A stretch of 63,785 bases of DNA, counting the filler, from Octopus bimaculoides (Eukaryota), in NCBI RefSeq assembly GCF_001194135.2. It is 7 parts of 6 records of this genome, joined end to end, with 100 filler letters (N's around TTAATTAATTAA, not from the genome) between each part and the next. Parts side by side here need not be neighbours in the genome. Positions count along the whole stretch, not along the records: positions 58,327 to 63,785 come from NC_068986.1; 6 more parts are not named here. One strand, given 5' to 3'. Positions within the stretch are counted from its first letter, which is position 1, and every line of letters begins with the position of its first letter. A program made the position numbers and the translations under genes. Under the pieces are notes generated by a model. That model saw nothing but the letters and a program-made list of their open reading frames with translations. It made no database searches and was not told where the DNA came from. Below, in pieces: positions 63,030-63,785 of this stretch.

Positions 63030-63680
63030 AGACGGATGCAGTAGATGACCAAGCTGCTTTACTAGGCTCATTTTGCTTCCTGCACATCACAATGCGTGGC
63101 TGCAGCCACCTGCTACTCTGTTGAACCATGGAGGTTTCTTCCGCGGAGTCTGCCGAGTCTACACTCCTCAAAATCCTGGATTTCCTGAACAAGGGCCAAT
63201 GGATGCAGTTTAAAATCGTACCTAGACCACTGGTTCTAGGAATGCTTATGTACGTGTGTGTGTATGTATGTGTGTAAGTGTGTCTATGTAAGTATATGTT
63301 TTTGCGATCGTATTCTTTCGCTCATTACCGAAGATTAATGACCATAGGAAAGGATAGGTACAAACACCGAATTGAAGTTAGCGAGTATGGCTTTTACAGC
63401 TACTGAGCTTGTTTTGATGACCGAATGATGTAAATGGTGCATTACTGCACCAGCCTCTGCAATACTTCAACTTAATTCATCCACCTGCTTTCCATCACCC
63501 GTGAAAACGACGCCTAGATATTTAAACTTCACCTGCTTCAGTGGAACTCCACTCATGTACAGTGCATTATGCAGGCTTCCCTGAGAGGATCAATTGGAGA
63601 TAGTAGCTTCTGATAAGATCTGATGAAATGTGTGCTTGAGGACTCTTCAGCCACGACCATCCCGGTAATAAGTGGACGAA
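63030..63680 (-). mobile_element. RTE LINE 3' fragment of the Rex3/Expander type
   Basis: GVPLKQVKFKYLGVVFTGDGKQ..IAEAGAVM..NSVFVPILSYGH..VMSERIRSQ, interrupted by a microsatellite at ~63245-63300. Confidence 0.75.
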
Positions 63681-63747
63681 TATTATTAGATTAGATATGT
63701 CTGAGTGTATGTATGTATGTATGCATGTATATATATATATATGTATA

Positions 63748-63785
<38 letters not shown>

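Overview
Repeat-saturated animal non-coding DNA (intron or intergenic). The SINE families, extreme microsatellite load and assembly style suggest an Octopus-like cephalopod draft scaffold; this is an inference, not a search result. About 8-8.5 kb of the window is N gaps. No host protein-coding gene, rRNA, tRNA gene or CRISPR array can be supported, and most long ORFs in the track are artefacts of microsatellites or N runs. The window holds about 17 fragments of several R4/Dong-type RLE non-LTR retrotransposon families, nearly all at (TAA)n tracts. It also holds four RTE-clade LINE fragments (two with tandem C-terminal C2H2 fingers), the 5' ~3 kb of an L1/Tx1-like element, Penelope-, L2- and CR1-like remnants, an internally deleted Tc1/mariner element and about 20 tRNA-derived SINE copies from 3 families. 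The most unusual structures are two ~340-380 bp fold-back palindromes, several perfect 21-29 bp hairpins, a head-to-head telomere-like repeat, and chains of retroelements nested in each other's TAA tails.
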